DNA of 60,658 nucleotides, taken from the NCBI GenBank assembly GCA_035906575.1, contig JAMIEW010000040.1, forward strand, positions 1-60,658, read 5' to 3'. The notes under the pieces are model-generated. The model had not been told where the DNA came from. It saw nothing but the letters and a program-made list of their open reading frames with translations, and made no database searches. How positions within the stretch are numbered: position 1 is the first letter of the stretch; the number at the start of each line of letters is the position of its first letter. Below are positions 51,569 through 60,658 of the stretch, piece after piece. Position numbers and translations under genes: made by a program. This DNA comes from a bacterium (lineage in GTDB: Bacteria > Patescibacteriota > Patescibacteriia > 2-12-FULL-60-25).

Positions 51569-52975
51569 ATGGATCTCCAAGCGTTGTGGCAAGCCTCTTT
51601 AGGCGAGCTTGAGCTCTCGCTCACCAAAGCCAACTTCACGACGTGGTTTAAAAGCACGTACCTTGCACAAGCCGAAGGCACAAAAGCGATTGTCTGCGTC
51701 CCGAACACGTTTACACAGGCGTGGTTACAAAAAAAATATAATGATCAGATCATCCGCGCGCTACGCAATGCTTCAAATCTACCGATTCGCGAGATCGCTT
51801 ATCGCGTTGAGGTAAAGAACACCACACAAATCGCTATTGATGCGGCCAACGCACCTTCTTCTAGCGGGATGTATAGCGAATCCTCGCAGGCTTTTGCTGC
51901 AGAACAACCTACGTCAGCTGCCACAAACACCCATTCAAATAGCGATATCGGATTGAATCCTCGCTATGTCTTTAATTCGTTTATTGTCGGCAAAGGCAAT
52001 GAGCTTGCACACGCAGCCTGTCAGGCGGTAGCCGGCAAAGCAGGCGAGGTCTATAACCCACTTTTTATTCATGGGGACGCGGGTATGGGCAAGACCCATC
52101 TCGTTCAGGCGATTGGTCACCATGTTTTACAGACCAATCCGAATGCGAAGGTGCGCTATGTCTCTTGTGAGCGTTTTGCGAATGAATTCATTCAATCGGT
52201 ACGCAGCGGGCGCATGAATGAGTTTAAAGACCGTTATCGTTTGGTCGACGTGCTCTTAATCGACGATATTCAGTTCTTGCAGGGCAAAGAAGGTACCCAA
52301 GAAGAATTCTTTCATACGTTTAATGCGCTACACCAAGCCAATAAACAGATCGTTATTACGTCGGATCGTCCGCCAAAAGACATTCAAACCCTCGAGAGTC
52401 GTCTTCAGTCTCGTTTTGAGTGGGGCATGATGGCCGATATCTCCAAACCGGACTTTGAAACACGTGTCGCGATCTTGCAGGCCAAGACGCGCGAAAAGAA
52501 TTATCCGCTCTCGATTGATCTTTTACATACGATTGCTGGCTCGATTCAATCCAATATCCGCGAACTTGAGGGGGCTTTGAACAAAATCATTGCCTATCAT
52601 CAGTTCAAAAATATCCCACCAACGCTTGAATCTATTCAGCCGCTCTTGCAAAGCTTTACGCCGACGATCACGAAGCGATCGATTACACCAAAGCTTTTAC
52701 TTGAGACAGTGAATACCTATTTTGACATCACCATGGACGAGATGGTCGGCAAGAGTCGCGAAAAACGCCTCGCCCATCCGCGCCAGATTGCGATGTATAT
52801 GTTGCGCGAAGAGATTAAGTGTTCGTATCCCGCCATTGGCGACCAGGTTGGTGGACGCGATCACACCACCGCGATGCATGCCTGTGAAAAAATCACGAAC
52901 CTCATCAAAACCGACGAACAGCTCAAACAGGACATCACCCTCTTGAGAGAAAAGATCTATAACCAGAGTCATTAA
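51569..52975 (+). CDS. dnaA: chromosomal replication initiator DnaA
   Basis: AAA+ Walker A GDAGMGKTHL, LLIDDIQFL box, and C-terminal DNA-binding domain (HTTAMHACEKI). Start set at ATG 51569. The ORF extends to GTG 51548. Confidence 0.97.
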   Translation: MDLQALWQASLGELELSLTKANFTTWFKSTYLAQAEGTKAIVCVPNTFTQAWLQKKYNDQIIRALRNASNLPIREIAYRVEVKNTTQIAIDAANAPSSSGMYSESSQAFAAEQPTSAATNTHSNSDIGLNPRYVFNSFIVGKGNELAHAACQAVAGKAGEVYNPLFIHGDAGMGKTHLVQAIGHHVLQTNPNAKVRYVSCERFANEFIQSVRSGRMNEFKDRYRLVDVLLIDDIQFLQGKEGTQEEFFHTFNALHQANKQIVITSDRPPKDIQTLESRLQSRFEWGMMADISKPDFETRVAILQAKTREKNYPLSIDLLHTIAGSIQSNIRELEGALNKIIAYHQFKNIPPTLESIQPLLQSFTPTITKRSITPKLLLETVNTYFDITMDEMVGKSREKRLAHPRQIAMYMLREEIKCSYPAIGDQVGGRDHTTAMHACEKITNLIKTDEQLKQDITLLREKIYNQSH

Positions 52976-52994
52976 CAGGTTGATCAGAAGATGA

Positions 52995-53330
52995 ACCCAG
53001 GTTATCCCCAATTACTGTGGATAACCTGGGTTCTTTTCATTCTTTTTGAGGATATCTCACTCGCTTCACCCTATGAGGATAAAGCTGTGTGTTTAGGTGT
53101 TTTTACCTGTGTACGAATAGCGCGTAAGTCTGGGCGCTATAGAAGCTGTAGCGAGGTGTACACAGCGAACCTGCATTGAACGCACAGAGCATGTGGACAG
53201 AACAAGGTCATTACTTCGCTCTCTATAGCGAAATCCTCGGGTATCCACACTGTCCACACCCCTTACTATTACTATTAGCTTTTATCTTTACTTGATTCTT
53301 ATAACCCGGGATGAAAAGATCCACTTATCG
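52995..53330. other. candidate oriC (dnaA-dnaN intergenic region)
   Basis: DnaA boxes: TTATCCCCA (53002), TGTGGATAA (53016), TGTGGACAG (53192), GTATCCACA (53241), CTGTCCACA (53250), AGATCCACT (53318). An AT-rich tract at 53263-53303 is a possible unwinding element. Confidence 0.6.
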
Positions 53331-53332
53331 AT

Positions 53333-54466
53333 ATGCATATAGCCTGTACCCAAGAGAATCTTTTACAAGGTCTCTCACTCGTGAGTCATATCACGGCCAA
53401 GCAAACCAACCTCCCTATTCTTGGAAATGTCTTATTGAAGACCGAAGGGGGCGGACTCAAGCTCTTCTCAACGAATCTTGAGATGGCTATCAGCGCCCAG
53501 GTTCGTGGCGTTGTAGAAGCGCCAGGAGAGTTCACGGTGCCAGCAAAACTTTTACAGGACTATATTTCCCTTCTCCCTTCAGGAAAGGTTGAATTGATTT
53601 TAAAGGATGACGTTCTTGAAGTGCGTGCTCATGGTTCGTCGACGACCATGCGTGGAATGCCGAGTTCAGAGTTTCCTCTTATCCCGAAACTCGCATTAGA
53701 GGCTGGCTACCAGATCAAGGCCGAAGCGCTGAAGCTCGCGATCGCTCAAACGGTTTTTGCGGTGTCTGCGTCCGAGGCTCGCCCAGAGCTTGGTGGTGTC
53801 GCGTGCTTCTTTCATAATCCAGACGAAGAAGGAAAACTCGTCTTTGCCGCAACGGATTCATATCGTCTCTCAGAACGTGTTCTCGAGATTGATGGTGGAA
53901 GCAAGGTCTCGCAACACTGCATTGTCCCATCGCGAGCGATGCAAGAGATGGGTCGTATTATCTCGTCCTACAAAGATGATGTGGACATGCCTGAGACGAT
54001 CGAGTGGTCGGTGACCGAGAGTCAGATGGTGATGACCTATGGCAAGGTTGAATTAATCTCACGCCTCATCGAAGGGAGTTTTCCTCCGTATCGTCAGATT
54101 ATGCCGTCTGAAAGCAAGACAAAGTGCATTGTAGCAAAGTCTGAGCTTCAAAAAGCGATTAAAGCGGCTTCATTGTTTGCTCGCCAAGGTGTCTTTGATA
54201 TTCATGTTGAGATCGATGCGACCAAAGGGATGACGGTGTCATCGTCTGATACAGGCACGGGTGCCCATAGCTCGACCCTCAAGGCCGATATAAGCGGTGA
54301 ATCAGTGAACAAGGTCATCCTGAACTATAAGTACTTCTCGGATGGTCTGAGCGCCCTCTCAGGGGACCAGGTTGAATTTCAGTGTATTGATGGGATGAAC
54401 CCCGTCACGCTCTCAAGTAAAGGCACCGAAGGATTCAAATACATCATCATGCCTATTCGTTCATAA
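53333..54466 (+). CDS. dnaN: DNA polymerase III beta sliding clamp
   Basis: 377 aa with three-domain clamp architecture (LLKTEGGGLKLFSTNLEMAI..., ATDSYRLSER). Lies downstream of dnaA. Confidence 0.97.
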   Translation: MHIACTQENLLQGLSLVSHITAKQTNLPILGNVLLKTEGGGLKLFSTNLEMAISAQVRGVVEAPGEFTVPAKLLQDYISLLPSGKVELILKDDVLEVRAHGSSTTMRGMPSSEFPLIPKLALEAGYQIKAEALKLAIAQTVFAVSASEARPELGGVACFFHNPDEEGKLVFAATDSYRLSERVLEIDGGSKVSQHCIVPSRAMQEMGRIISSYKDDVDMPETIEWSVTESQMVMTYGKVELISRLIEGSFPPYRQIMPSESKTKCIVAKSELQKAIKAASLFARQGVFDIHVEIDATKGMTVSSSDTGTGAHSSTLKADISGESVNKVILNYKYFSDGLSALSGDQVEFQCIDGMNPVTLSSKGTEGFKYIIMPIRS

Positions 54467-54485
54467 GTTATCCACTTATACACAA

Positions 54486-54527
54486 AACGATCCACAGCCT
54501 GTGAAAAGGTGTGGATCGTTTTTATTT
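54486..54527 (+). terminator. intrinsic terminator of dnaN built from inverted DnaA-box-like sequences
   Basis: AACGATCCACA ... TGTGGATCGTT followed by TTTTATTT. TTATCCACT (54468) and TTATACACA (54476) lie just upstream. Confidence 0.7.
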
Positions 54528-54530
54528 AAA

Positions 54531-57371
54531 CTAGTCTGTAATTCTAAGGTTTTCTGTCACTTTATCGATAGTAACGTCGTCTTTCTGTGTTGCTTCTGCT
54601 TCAACGATATAGTTACCAGCGCTTGGACCCGCCGAGAGCGAGAATCCGGTTTGTTCTTCGGTTGGTAGTTGGATAGATCCGACAAGAATCCGTTCACTTG
54701 TTTCTTTATTCACGAGGGTTACGGTAATGCGTAGATATCTCGTTGGTTCATCCGTATGAACGATAAAGGTTCGTGGAAAGGTTGATCGCGACCAAGATTC
54801 ATTCTTTTGCGGAGAAAGGAGGTTGAATCCAGAAAGCGATTGATCTTGGCTAGCGGTGATATTGATTTGAACGGTTTGTTCGGCGATAGCACCTAGTTCA
54901 TCCACAGCTCTTACCTTAAGCGTTCGGTAACCTGGTTCAATACTGTTTGGGATAGTGGCAAAGATCGTCCAAGGATAATTATTTGCCGTACCAACCAAGG
55001 TCTCGTCGATATAGGCCGAAACGGTTTTAATCGCGCGCTGTGATTCAACGCTAGGCTGGATATTGAGTGATCTTGAGCTGATCGATTCATTCGTGGTTGG
55101 GGATTGAATGGTGACGGTAGCTTTGTTTTCTGGAGTGACGAGATCATCTAATTCGGTTGGCATGGTCGACGTTGCCATCCACTGGGTGCGTTGAATATAG
55201 GATTGAACGCCCGACTCCCAATTCACAAATTGCGGATCTGCGGCCGGATTCACCGGTACTGCGCCCGTTGGGTCGTCTTTGTCTACGTAGTAAAGAATAG
55301 TATGTCCCTCGTGGACGACACGTTCTTCAACGAGATCTGGTGGCGTTAGATCGGTGGCGAGTTTGCCATTCAGCTTATTTACTTTTACTTTTTTCTCAAT
55401 GACCTGACCGAGAATCGCAGGCTTGGTGACCGAAGTTCCTTCAGGTTTGGTAAAGGATTCTTTCTCCATGCCTTGTGTGGCACGGCGCATATAGTTTTGC
55501 CAGATAGGAGCGGCGATGATTGAGCCATCAGCACCGCGCTTCATTTCTTTCCCATCCGTATTACCTACCCAGACAACACTGACGAGATTCGGCGTGAAGC
55601 CAGCCGTCCATGCATCTTTATTGTTGTTTGTTGTACCGGTTTTTGCGGCGACTTGGCGATCAGGTAAGGTGAGATAATTTTTACTGCCGAAGATAAAGCT
55701 GCGGGCATTATTATCAGACATGACATCGGTAAGAAGTCTGGCCGTTTGAGGTTCGATGACTTGCTTTGCATCCTCACTCTTCCATTCTTCAAGGATAGAG
55801 CCATCTGGTTTTTCGACTTTCAAGATGGCTGCAACCGGCATCTGTTTACCATCCTGGGCAAAGGCGCTAAAGGCATTTGCGTGCTCGAGTGCGGTAACCG
55901 TACCTCCACCAAGACCAATAGAGAGGCCAAAGTTGGCGCGATTTTCAAAGGTTGTATAACCAAGGCGTTCGGCAAAATCGATCACACCACCAACGCCTAC
56001 GAGGTAAGTGGCTTTAACCGCCGGGATGTTTAATGAGCCCGCCAATGCTGAGCGCATACTAACCGGACCATGCTCACGAAAATCGTAGTTCTTCGGCTCA
56101 TAGTTACCGATATCCGTTTTGAAGGTTGTTAACACATCCCAAAGTTGGGTTTGCGGTAAATATCCTTTATCAAAAGCCGCTGCATAAATGATTGGCTTGA
56201 AGCTTGAGCCAGGTTGGCGATTACGACTAACCGTAACATTAACTTCTCCCTGAATCGTTTTATCGAAATAGTCTTTTGAACCAATCATGCTCAAAATTTG
56301 ACCTGTCTTAGGATCAAGAGCGATAAGAGCAGCATTATTAAAGGTATATTTAGAACCGCGGTCAGCAACGCCTTTTTTCACTTCTTCATCAGCGATTTTT
56401 TGTTTGTCATAATCAAGGGTCGTGATGACCTTGAGGCCACCGCGTTCGACCGTACTTTGGCCATAGCGTTCGACGAGTTCACCTTTTACATACATTACGA
56501 AGTGCGGAGCATCGATATTGCCGACATTACGTGGTTTGATTTTTGCCAAGGTATCTACCGCAAGACTTTGATCACGCTCTTCTTCAGTGATGTACCCCTG
56601 ATCGTGCATATTATTCAGCACGATGTGTTGGCGGTTTTTTAATTTATCGCGTTGGTCGCCAAAGTAGCCGTTGCCGTACGGGTTGAAATATTCAGGACGC
56701 TGGATGATTGCCGCCATCAAAGCCGACTCATCAAGGGTAAGGTCTTTTGCGGATTTACCAAAGTATGACTGTGCGGCAGATTCAATACCATAAAGGTTTG
56801 AACCAAACGGAATTTCGTTCAAGTAGAGCTGAATGATTTGTTCTTTGCTGAGTTTACGTTCGATTTGCAAAGAGATGATGACTTCTTTGATTTTGCGAAT
56901 CCATGAACGTTCGGTTGTTAAGATCGCGTTGCGAACGAGTTGTTGGGTGAGAGTTGAGGTACCAGAAATGCGCTGGCCTTTGAGAGTGTTCACAACAACC
57001 GCGCGAACCATGCCATACCAATAGATACCACCGTGTTCATAGAAGCCACGATCTTCAATCGCGATCACGGCCTGGTACATCGACTTCGGGATATCTTCAT
57101 ATTTGATCAAGGTGCGCTTTTCGTCACCATGAATCTCGTAAAGAAGGTGGGTACCGGTGCGATCATAGATCTGAGTGGACTGCGCAACCTCGCGAGTAAT
57201 CAACGAATTCGGGTCCGGGAGGTCACGACTGACCCAAGCGGCAAAAACCGTGAAAACAAAGAGGATAAGGGCAAAAAGACCTAGGGCTAAAAGGCTTAAA
57301 GGTCGGGCAATACGCCAAAACCGCGCCCAAGGGCGTTCTGAGGGTCTTTTGGTGGTCGTCTCATTTGGCAT
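54531..57371 (-). CDS. class A penicillin-binding protein (PBP1A-type) with extended C-terminal domains
   Basis: N-terminal TM, glycosyltransferase motif EDRGFYEHGGI, transpeptidase motifs SSFKP and KTGTT, and a C-terminal extension of about 250 aa. Confidence 0.93.
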   Translation of the reverse strand: MPNETTTKRPSERPWARFWRIARPLSLLALGLFALILFVFTVFAAWVSRDLPDPNSLITREVAQSTQIYDRTGTHLLYEIHGDEKRTLIKYEDIPKSMYQAVIAIEDRGFYEHGGIYWYGMVRAVVVNTLKGQRISGTSTLTQQLVRNAILTTERSWIRKIKEVIISLQIERKLSKEQIIQLYLNEIPFGSNLYGIESAAQSYFGKSAKDLTLDESALMAAIIQRPEYFNPYGNGYFGDQRDKLKNRQHIVLNNMHDQGYITEEERDQSLAVDTLAKIKPRNVGNIDAPHFVMYVKGELVERYGQSTVERGGLKVITTLDYDKQKIADEEVKKGVADRGSKYTFNNAALIALDPKTGQILSMIGSKDYFDKTIQGEVNVTVSRNRQPGSSFKPIIYAAAFDKGYLPQTQLWDVLTTFKTDIGNYEPKNYDFREHGPVSMRSALAGSLNIPAVKATYLVGVGGVIDFAERLGYTTFENRANFGLSIGLGGGTVTALEHANAFSAFAQDGKQMPVAAILKVEKPDGSILEEWKSEDAKQVIEPQTARLLTDVMSDNNARSFIFGSKNYLTLPDRQVAAKTGTTNNNKDAWTAGFTPNLVSVVWVGNTDGKEMKRGADGSIIAAPIWQNYMRRATQGMEKESFTKPEGTSVTKPAILGQVIEKKVKVNKLNGKLATDLTPPDLVEERVVHEGHTILYYVDKDDPTGAVPVNPAADPQFVNWESGVQSYIQRTQWMATSTMPTELDDLVTPENKATVTIQSPTTNESISSRSLNIQPSVESQRAIKTVSAYIDETLVGTANNYPWTIFATIPNSIEPGYRTLKVRAVDELGAIAEQTVQINITASQDQSLSGFNLLSPQKNESWSRSTFPRTFIVHTDEPTRYLRITVTLVNKETSERILVGSIQLPTEEQTGFSLSAGPSAGNYIVEAEATQKDDVTIDKVTENLRITD

Positions 57372-57408
57372 ATTTGGCTAATATTAGCTAAAAAATAGTG
57401 TTTTAACC

Positions 57409-57437
57409 TTGACTTTTTCTGTCAAAAATAGTATAAT
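57409..57437 (+). promoter_or_regulatory. consensus-like sigma70 promoter
   Basis: TTGACT, 17-nt spacer, TATAAT. Confidence 0.65.
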
Positions 57438-57461
57438 GATTGTCCCAAATTGGGAAACCCT

Positions 57462-58148
57462 ATGTTTAAGCCTACAAACCAAGTGTATCAAACTCCTGTG
57501 AAAAAAGCGCTCGTTACCGTTGTTTTGACCGCGCTTTTCGCTACTGAAGTCCGCATTCCGGTTGCTCAGGCGGCTTCCCCACTCCCTAACACTCAAGTTG
57601 CAACGCAGAAGCAAGCTTCAAATGACACGGTTGATAAACCGATTCTTCTTCCGAGCCAAATGAAGGCTCTTGAGAATGAAGCTTCGTTGTACCACGCAAC
57701 CTCGACTCACGGTACTACCGATGAGCAGACAGATGAGTCACAAGAAGTCCTCAAAACCATGTATATGGATATGACGGCTTATACGTCGGCCGTTAATGAA
57801 ACGGATGGTTCGCCATTTATCACGGCTGATGGTTCAGTTGTGCGTGACGGTATCGTTGCGACCAATGCCTTGCCGTTTGGTTCTAAAATTCGTATTCCTT
57901 CATTGTTTGGTGATAAGGTGTTTACCGTTCATGACCGCATGAATCAACGCTATTATTACCGTACCGATGTTTGGATGACGACCAAAAAAGAAGCGTTCGC
58001 CTTTGGTGTAAAACGCAAAATCCCTATCGAAGTCATCGAAATCGGTGATGGTAAAAAGAATTGGGAACAATGGAAAGGCAAATCTGCCGAATTGAATCGT
58101 GTTGGTAAGTACGGCCCTAAACCAGAAGAAGCTGGTAAGTGGCTTTAA
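57462..58148 (+). CDS. 3D-domain (MltA/RlpA-like double-psi beta-barrel) secreted protein
   Basis: Signal-like N-terminus. The block MDMTAYTSAVNETDGSPFITADGSVVRDGIVATNALPFGSKIRIP...FTVHDRMN is typical of 3D domains. Confidence 0.85.
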   Translation: MFKPTNQVYQTPVKKALVTVVLTALFATEVRIPVAQAASPLPNTQVATQKQASNDTVDKPILLPSQMKALENEASLYHATSTHGTTDEQTDESQEVLKTMYMDMTAYTSAVNETDGSPFITADGSVVRDGIVATNALPFGSKIRIPSLFGDKVFTVHDRMNQRYYYRTDVWMTTKKEAFAFGVKRKIPIEVIEIGDGKKNWEQWKGKSAELNRVGKYGPKPEEAGKWL

Positions 58149-58150
58149 AC

Positions 58151-58181
58151 AAAACATCCTCCATTTGGAGGATGTTTTGTT
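58151..58181. terminator. bidirectional terminator
   Basis: AAACATCCTCCA-tt-TGGAGGATGTTT flanked by A- and T-runs. Lies between the 3D-domain gene and tRNA-Cys. Confidence 0.75.
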
Positions 58182-58256
<75 letters not shown>

Positions 58257-58535
58257 ACGTCGCTCGCGAGCGACGTGGCACGCCCGCGCTCTAAGCTCGC
58301 TCTTTATAACGGTTTTTCGACCGGCTCGCAAGATACAAAAACGGCGCAACTGGGTTTAACCCCGGGTGCGCCGTTTAAGGCTCGATTCCACAAGCGAAGT
58401 AAGTATATCAAAATCCCTTAGAAGCATGCAAGTCTTTGGGTCTGTAATGTGGATAACTAAATATAAACATTGGTTTTTATTATTATCGATGGTTTGCCCG
58501 TTTCTTTTTTTCTCCCGAAACGGCACACTACCACT

Positions 58536-60658
58536 ATGAGACCAAAGCTGTTTTTATTGGATGCAAACGCCCTTTTACACCGTTCCTGGCATGCGATCCG
58601 CCCACTCACGAGCCCGGATGGCCGTGTAGTGAACTGCGTTTACGGTATGACGATGAGTGTGATGAAGCTCGTCGAGCAGTATAAGCCGGATGCCTTTGCT
58701 GCTTGTTGGGATACCGAGGCGCCAACCTTTCGCCACGAAGCTTATAAAGAATACAAAGGCCATCGCAAAGAAAAAGAACAAGACCTCTATGACCAAATCC
58801 CTTGGGTTCAAGAGGGTTTTGAAGCTTTGGGTATCCCGTCATTGTTTTTAGATGGGTATGAAGCAGATGATTTGCTCGGCACGATCGGTACCCGCGCTGT
58901 CAAAGAAGGTTGGGATGTCACGATTATCACCGGCGACCGCGATGCCCTTCAGCTTGTTCGTCCTCACCTTGAGGTGATGCTCTTTGTAAAAGGAGTCACC
59001 GAAGTAAAGATCGTGGACGAAAAGGTCTTGCTCGAAGAGTATGGTTTTACCCCAGAACAATTTATCGACTTCAAAGCAATCCAGGGCGACACGTCAGATA
59101 ATATTCCGGGTATTCGTGGTATCGGTGAAGTCGGTGCAAAATCGCTTTTGAAACATTTCGGATCATTAAAGGGCATCATGAAAGCCGCTCACGATCCTAA
59201 ATCTGAAATGCGTGCAAAGATGCGCGAGACATTGCTCGCGTCAGAAGATATTGTTCCGGCGCAATTAGATTTGGTTACGATTCGTCTTGATGTTCCGTTG
59301 AAATGGAAAATTGAAAAACTTCCGGTGCCGGCGAATGAAGAAGAAGCGAGAATGTTTTTATTGAACATGGGTTTTGTTTCATTGTTAAAACGTTTAGACA
59401 CGATCATGGGAAAAAAATCTTCGCCATCAACAGGTGAAGAAAAAGATCCAAAGAAAAAAACGTCAAAATCCGTCGCGAAATACGATGCGATGAATAGCGA
59501 AGAATCCCAAGGAGATTTATTTAAAGCTACAACGAAAGGTGGACTCTCGATTGAAGAAATTAAATCACGCTTAGAGATGGCTGACCGTGTGGCTTTAGGG
59601 ATTATTTGGGAGGATCCAAAACAGCCACCCGTGAAGGCAAAAGCCATGGCTCTTGTTTGTACGGATGGTGAAGGTGTCTATCTTGTTCAGGCGGCGGAGT
59701 TGAAGAAAGATCCAGAAATTGTGGCATTTTTGGGCAAGAAGGTGGTTGCTCATGATGTTAAAGCGGTTATGCACGGGTTGCATCAGTTCGGTGTTCAAGA
59801 CCCAACTTGGGACTTTGACACCATGCTCGCTGCCTACGTGCTGAACGCCGGAGAGCGCTCGCATGACTTACGCACGGTCGCCCTTATGTATGCTGATATC
59901 ACACTCGCAACCGAACCAACGGTTCCTGAACAAGTTCTCGCAAGCTGGAACTGTATCGAGCCACTAAAGAAAGCGCTAAAAGAAGAAAAACTCACCGAGG
60001 TTTTCGAACGCTTCGAATTACCGCTCGCCGCTGTACTTGGTCGTATGGAAAGTGCCGGTATCGAAATCGATACAGATTATTTGCACGAGCTCGCAAAAGA
60101 ATTAAAAAAAGAACAAGAACGTTTATTGCGCGTGATGCAAAAAACCGCCGGCGCAGATTTAAACCCGGCGTCTCCTGCACAGCTCTCGTATGTTCTTTTT
60201 GAAAAACTCCAACTTCCGACCAAAGGCATTAAAAAAGGTAAGACCGGTTTCTCAACAGCGGCGAGTGAATTAGAAAAACTCCGTGGCTCACATGAGATCA
60301 TCGAGCAGATCGAAGATTATCGCGAAGTCTCAAAACTTCTCTCGACCTATGTAGAGGTTATCCCCTCTCTTGTTGATAAAAACCGCCGTTTACACACAAC
60401 GTTTCAACAGGCTGTGGCTGCCACCGGTCGTCTTTCATCGGCTGATCCAAACGTCCAAAATATCCCAATCCGTACTGAACTCGGTCGTCGTGTGCGCACG
60501 GCTTTTGTGGCGAAGCGCGGTTATGAACTTGTCTCGTGTGATTATTCTCAAATCGAATTGCGTTTGATTGCCGCGCTCGCACAAGACGCGCGGATGATCG
60601 AAGCGTTTGAAAAAGGTTTAGACATTCACCAAGCAACCGCTTCGCGTATTTGGAATAT
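58536..60658 (+). CDS. polA: DNA polymerase I (3'-truncated by the window end)
   Basis: Hand translation from ATG 58536 gives MRPKLFLLDANALLHRSWHA... (5'-nuclease domain), GDTSDNIPGIRGIGEVGAKSLL, a 3'-5' exo-like middle region, and polymerase motif A (LVSCDYSQIELRLIA). The frame stays open to the window end. Confidence 0.95.
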   Translation, partial: MRPKLFLLDANALLHRSWHAIRPLTSPDGRVVNCVYGMTMSVMKLVEQYKPDAFAACWDTEAPTFRHEAYKEYKGHRKEKEQDLYDQIPWVQEGFEALGIPSLFLDGYEADDLLGTIGTRAVKEGWDVTIITGDRDALQLVRPHLEVMLFVKGVTEVKIVDEKVLLEEYGFTPEQFIDFKAIQGDTSDNIPGIRGIGEVGAKSLLKHFGSLKGIMKAAHDPKSEMRAKMRETLLASEDIVPAQLDLVTIRLDVPLKWKIEKLPVPANEEEARMFLLNMGFVSLLKRLDTIMGKKSSPSTGEEKDPKKKTSKSVAKYDAMNSEESQGDLFKATTKGGLSIEEIKSRLEMADRVALGIIWEDPKQPPVKAKAMALVCTDGEGVYLVQAAELKKDPEIVAFLGKKVVAHDVKAVMHGLHQFGVQDPTWDFDTMLAAYVLNAGERSHDLRTVALMYADITLATEPTVPEQVLASWNCIEPLKKALKEEKLTEVFERFELPLAAVLGRMESAGIEIDTDYLHELAKELKKEQERLLRVMQKTAGADLNPASPAQLSYVLFEKLQLPTKGIKKGKTGFSTAASELEKLRGSHEIIEQIEDYREVSKLLSTYVEVIPSLVDKNRRLHTTFQQAVAATGRLSSADPNVQNIPIRTELGRRVRTAFVAKRGYELVSCDYSQIELRLIAALAQDARMIEAFEKGLDIHQATASRIWN

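Overview
This is a 60.7-kb chromosomal window from a compact, mid-G+C bacterial genome. Tight gene packing, ComEC, FemAB, 3D-domain and beta-helix surface proteins, and many orphan ORFs would fit a Patescibacteria/CPR-like organism, but that is inference only.

Core backbone, in order: tRNA-Ala, doxX, ruvA, tdk, gyrA, arfB, ruvC, rpoC-rpoB, a rodZ-like gene, ftsK, ugd plus two epimerases, comEC, recA, ychF, tig, a NUDIX gene, a yggU-like gene, yidD-rnpA-rpmH, dnaA-dnaN with three DnaA-box clusters (the replication-origin neighbourhood), PBP1A, a 3D-domain protein, tRNA-Cys, and the 5' part of polA.

Several discrete orphan-gene islands sit on this backbone. They are visibly G+C-rich, with G/C at most third codon positions (judged by eye, not computed). 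They lie at about 13.2-14.26, 23.53-24.98, 25.56-32.62, 41.1-41.97 and 50.3-51.4 kb. Three of them (13.2-14.26, 23.53-24.98, 25.56-32.62 kb) are transcribed against the flanking core genes. Most carry their own intrinsic terminator, and several also have an AT-rich sigma70-like promoter and a structured leader.

The stand-out is the 25.56-32.62 kb island:
- It opens with an operator/iteron-like cluster with two promoters, a candidate sRNA and a roughly 400-nt UUCG-rich structured leader.
- It continues with an array of small-gene cassettes made of two paralogous pairs: a 3-TM protein and an NLTPH-motif protein.
- The cassettes are separated by reiterated structured RNA modules: a three-segment switch-like leader (x4), a two-hairpin element (x4, with compensatory changes), and tandem units of SD + 6-codon mini-ORF + stop-in-loop hairpin (x3, plus one degenerate copy).
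- It ends with a GC-rich operon of unknown function.

I cannot match this organisation to any system I know.

No CRISPR array, cas gene, integrase, transposase, reverse transcriptase or rRNA was seen. All product calls rest on motifs read by eye. No database search or folding computation was run.
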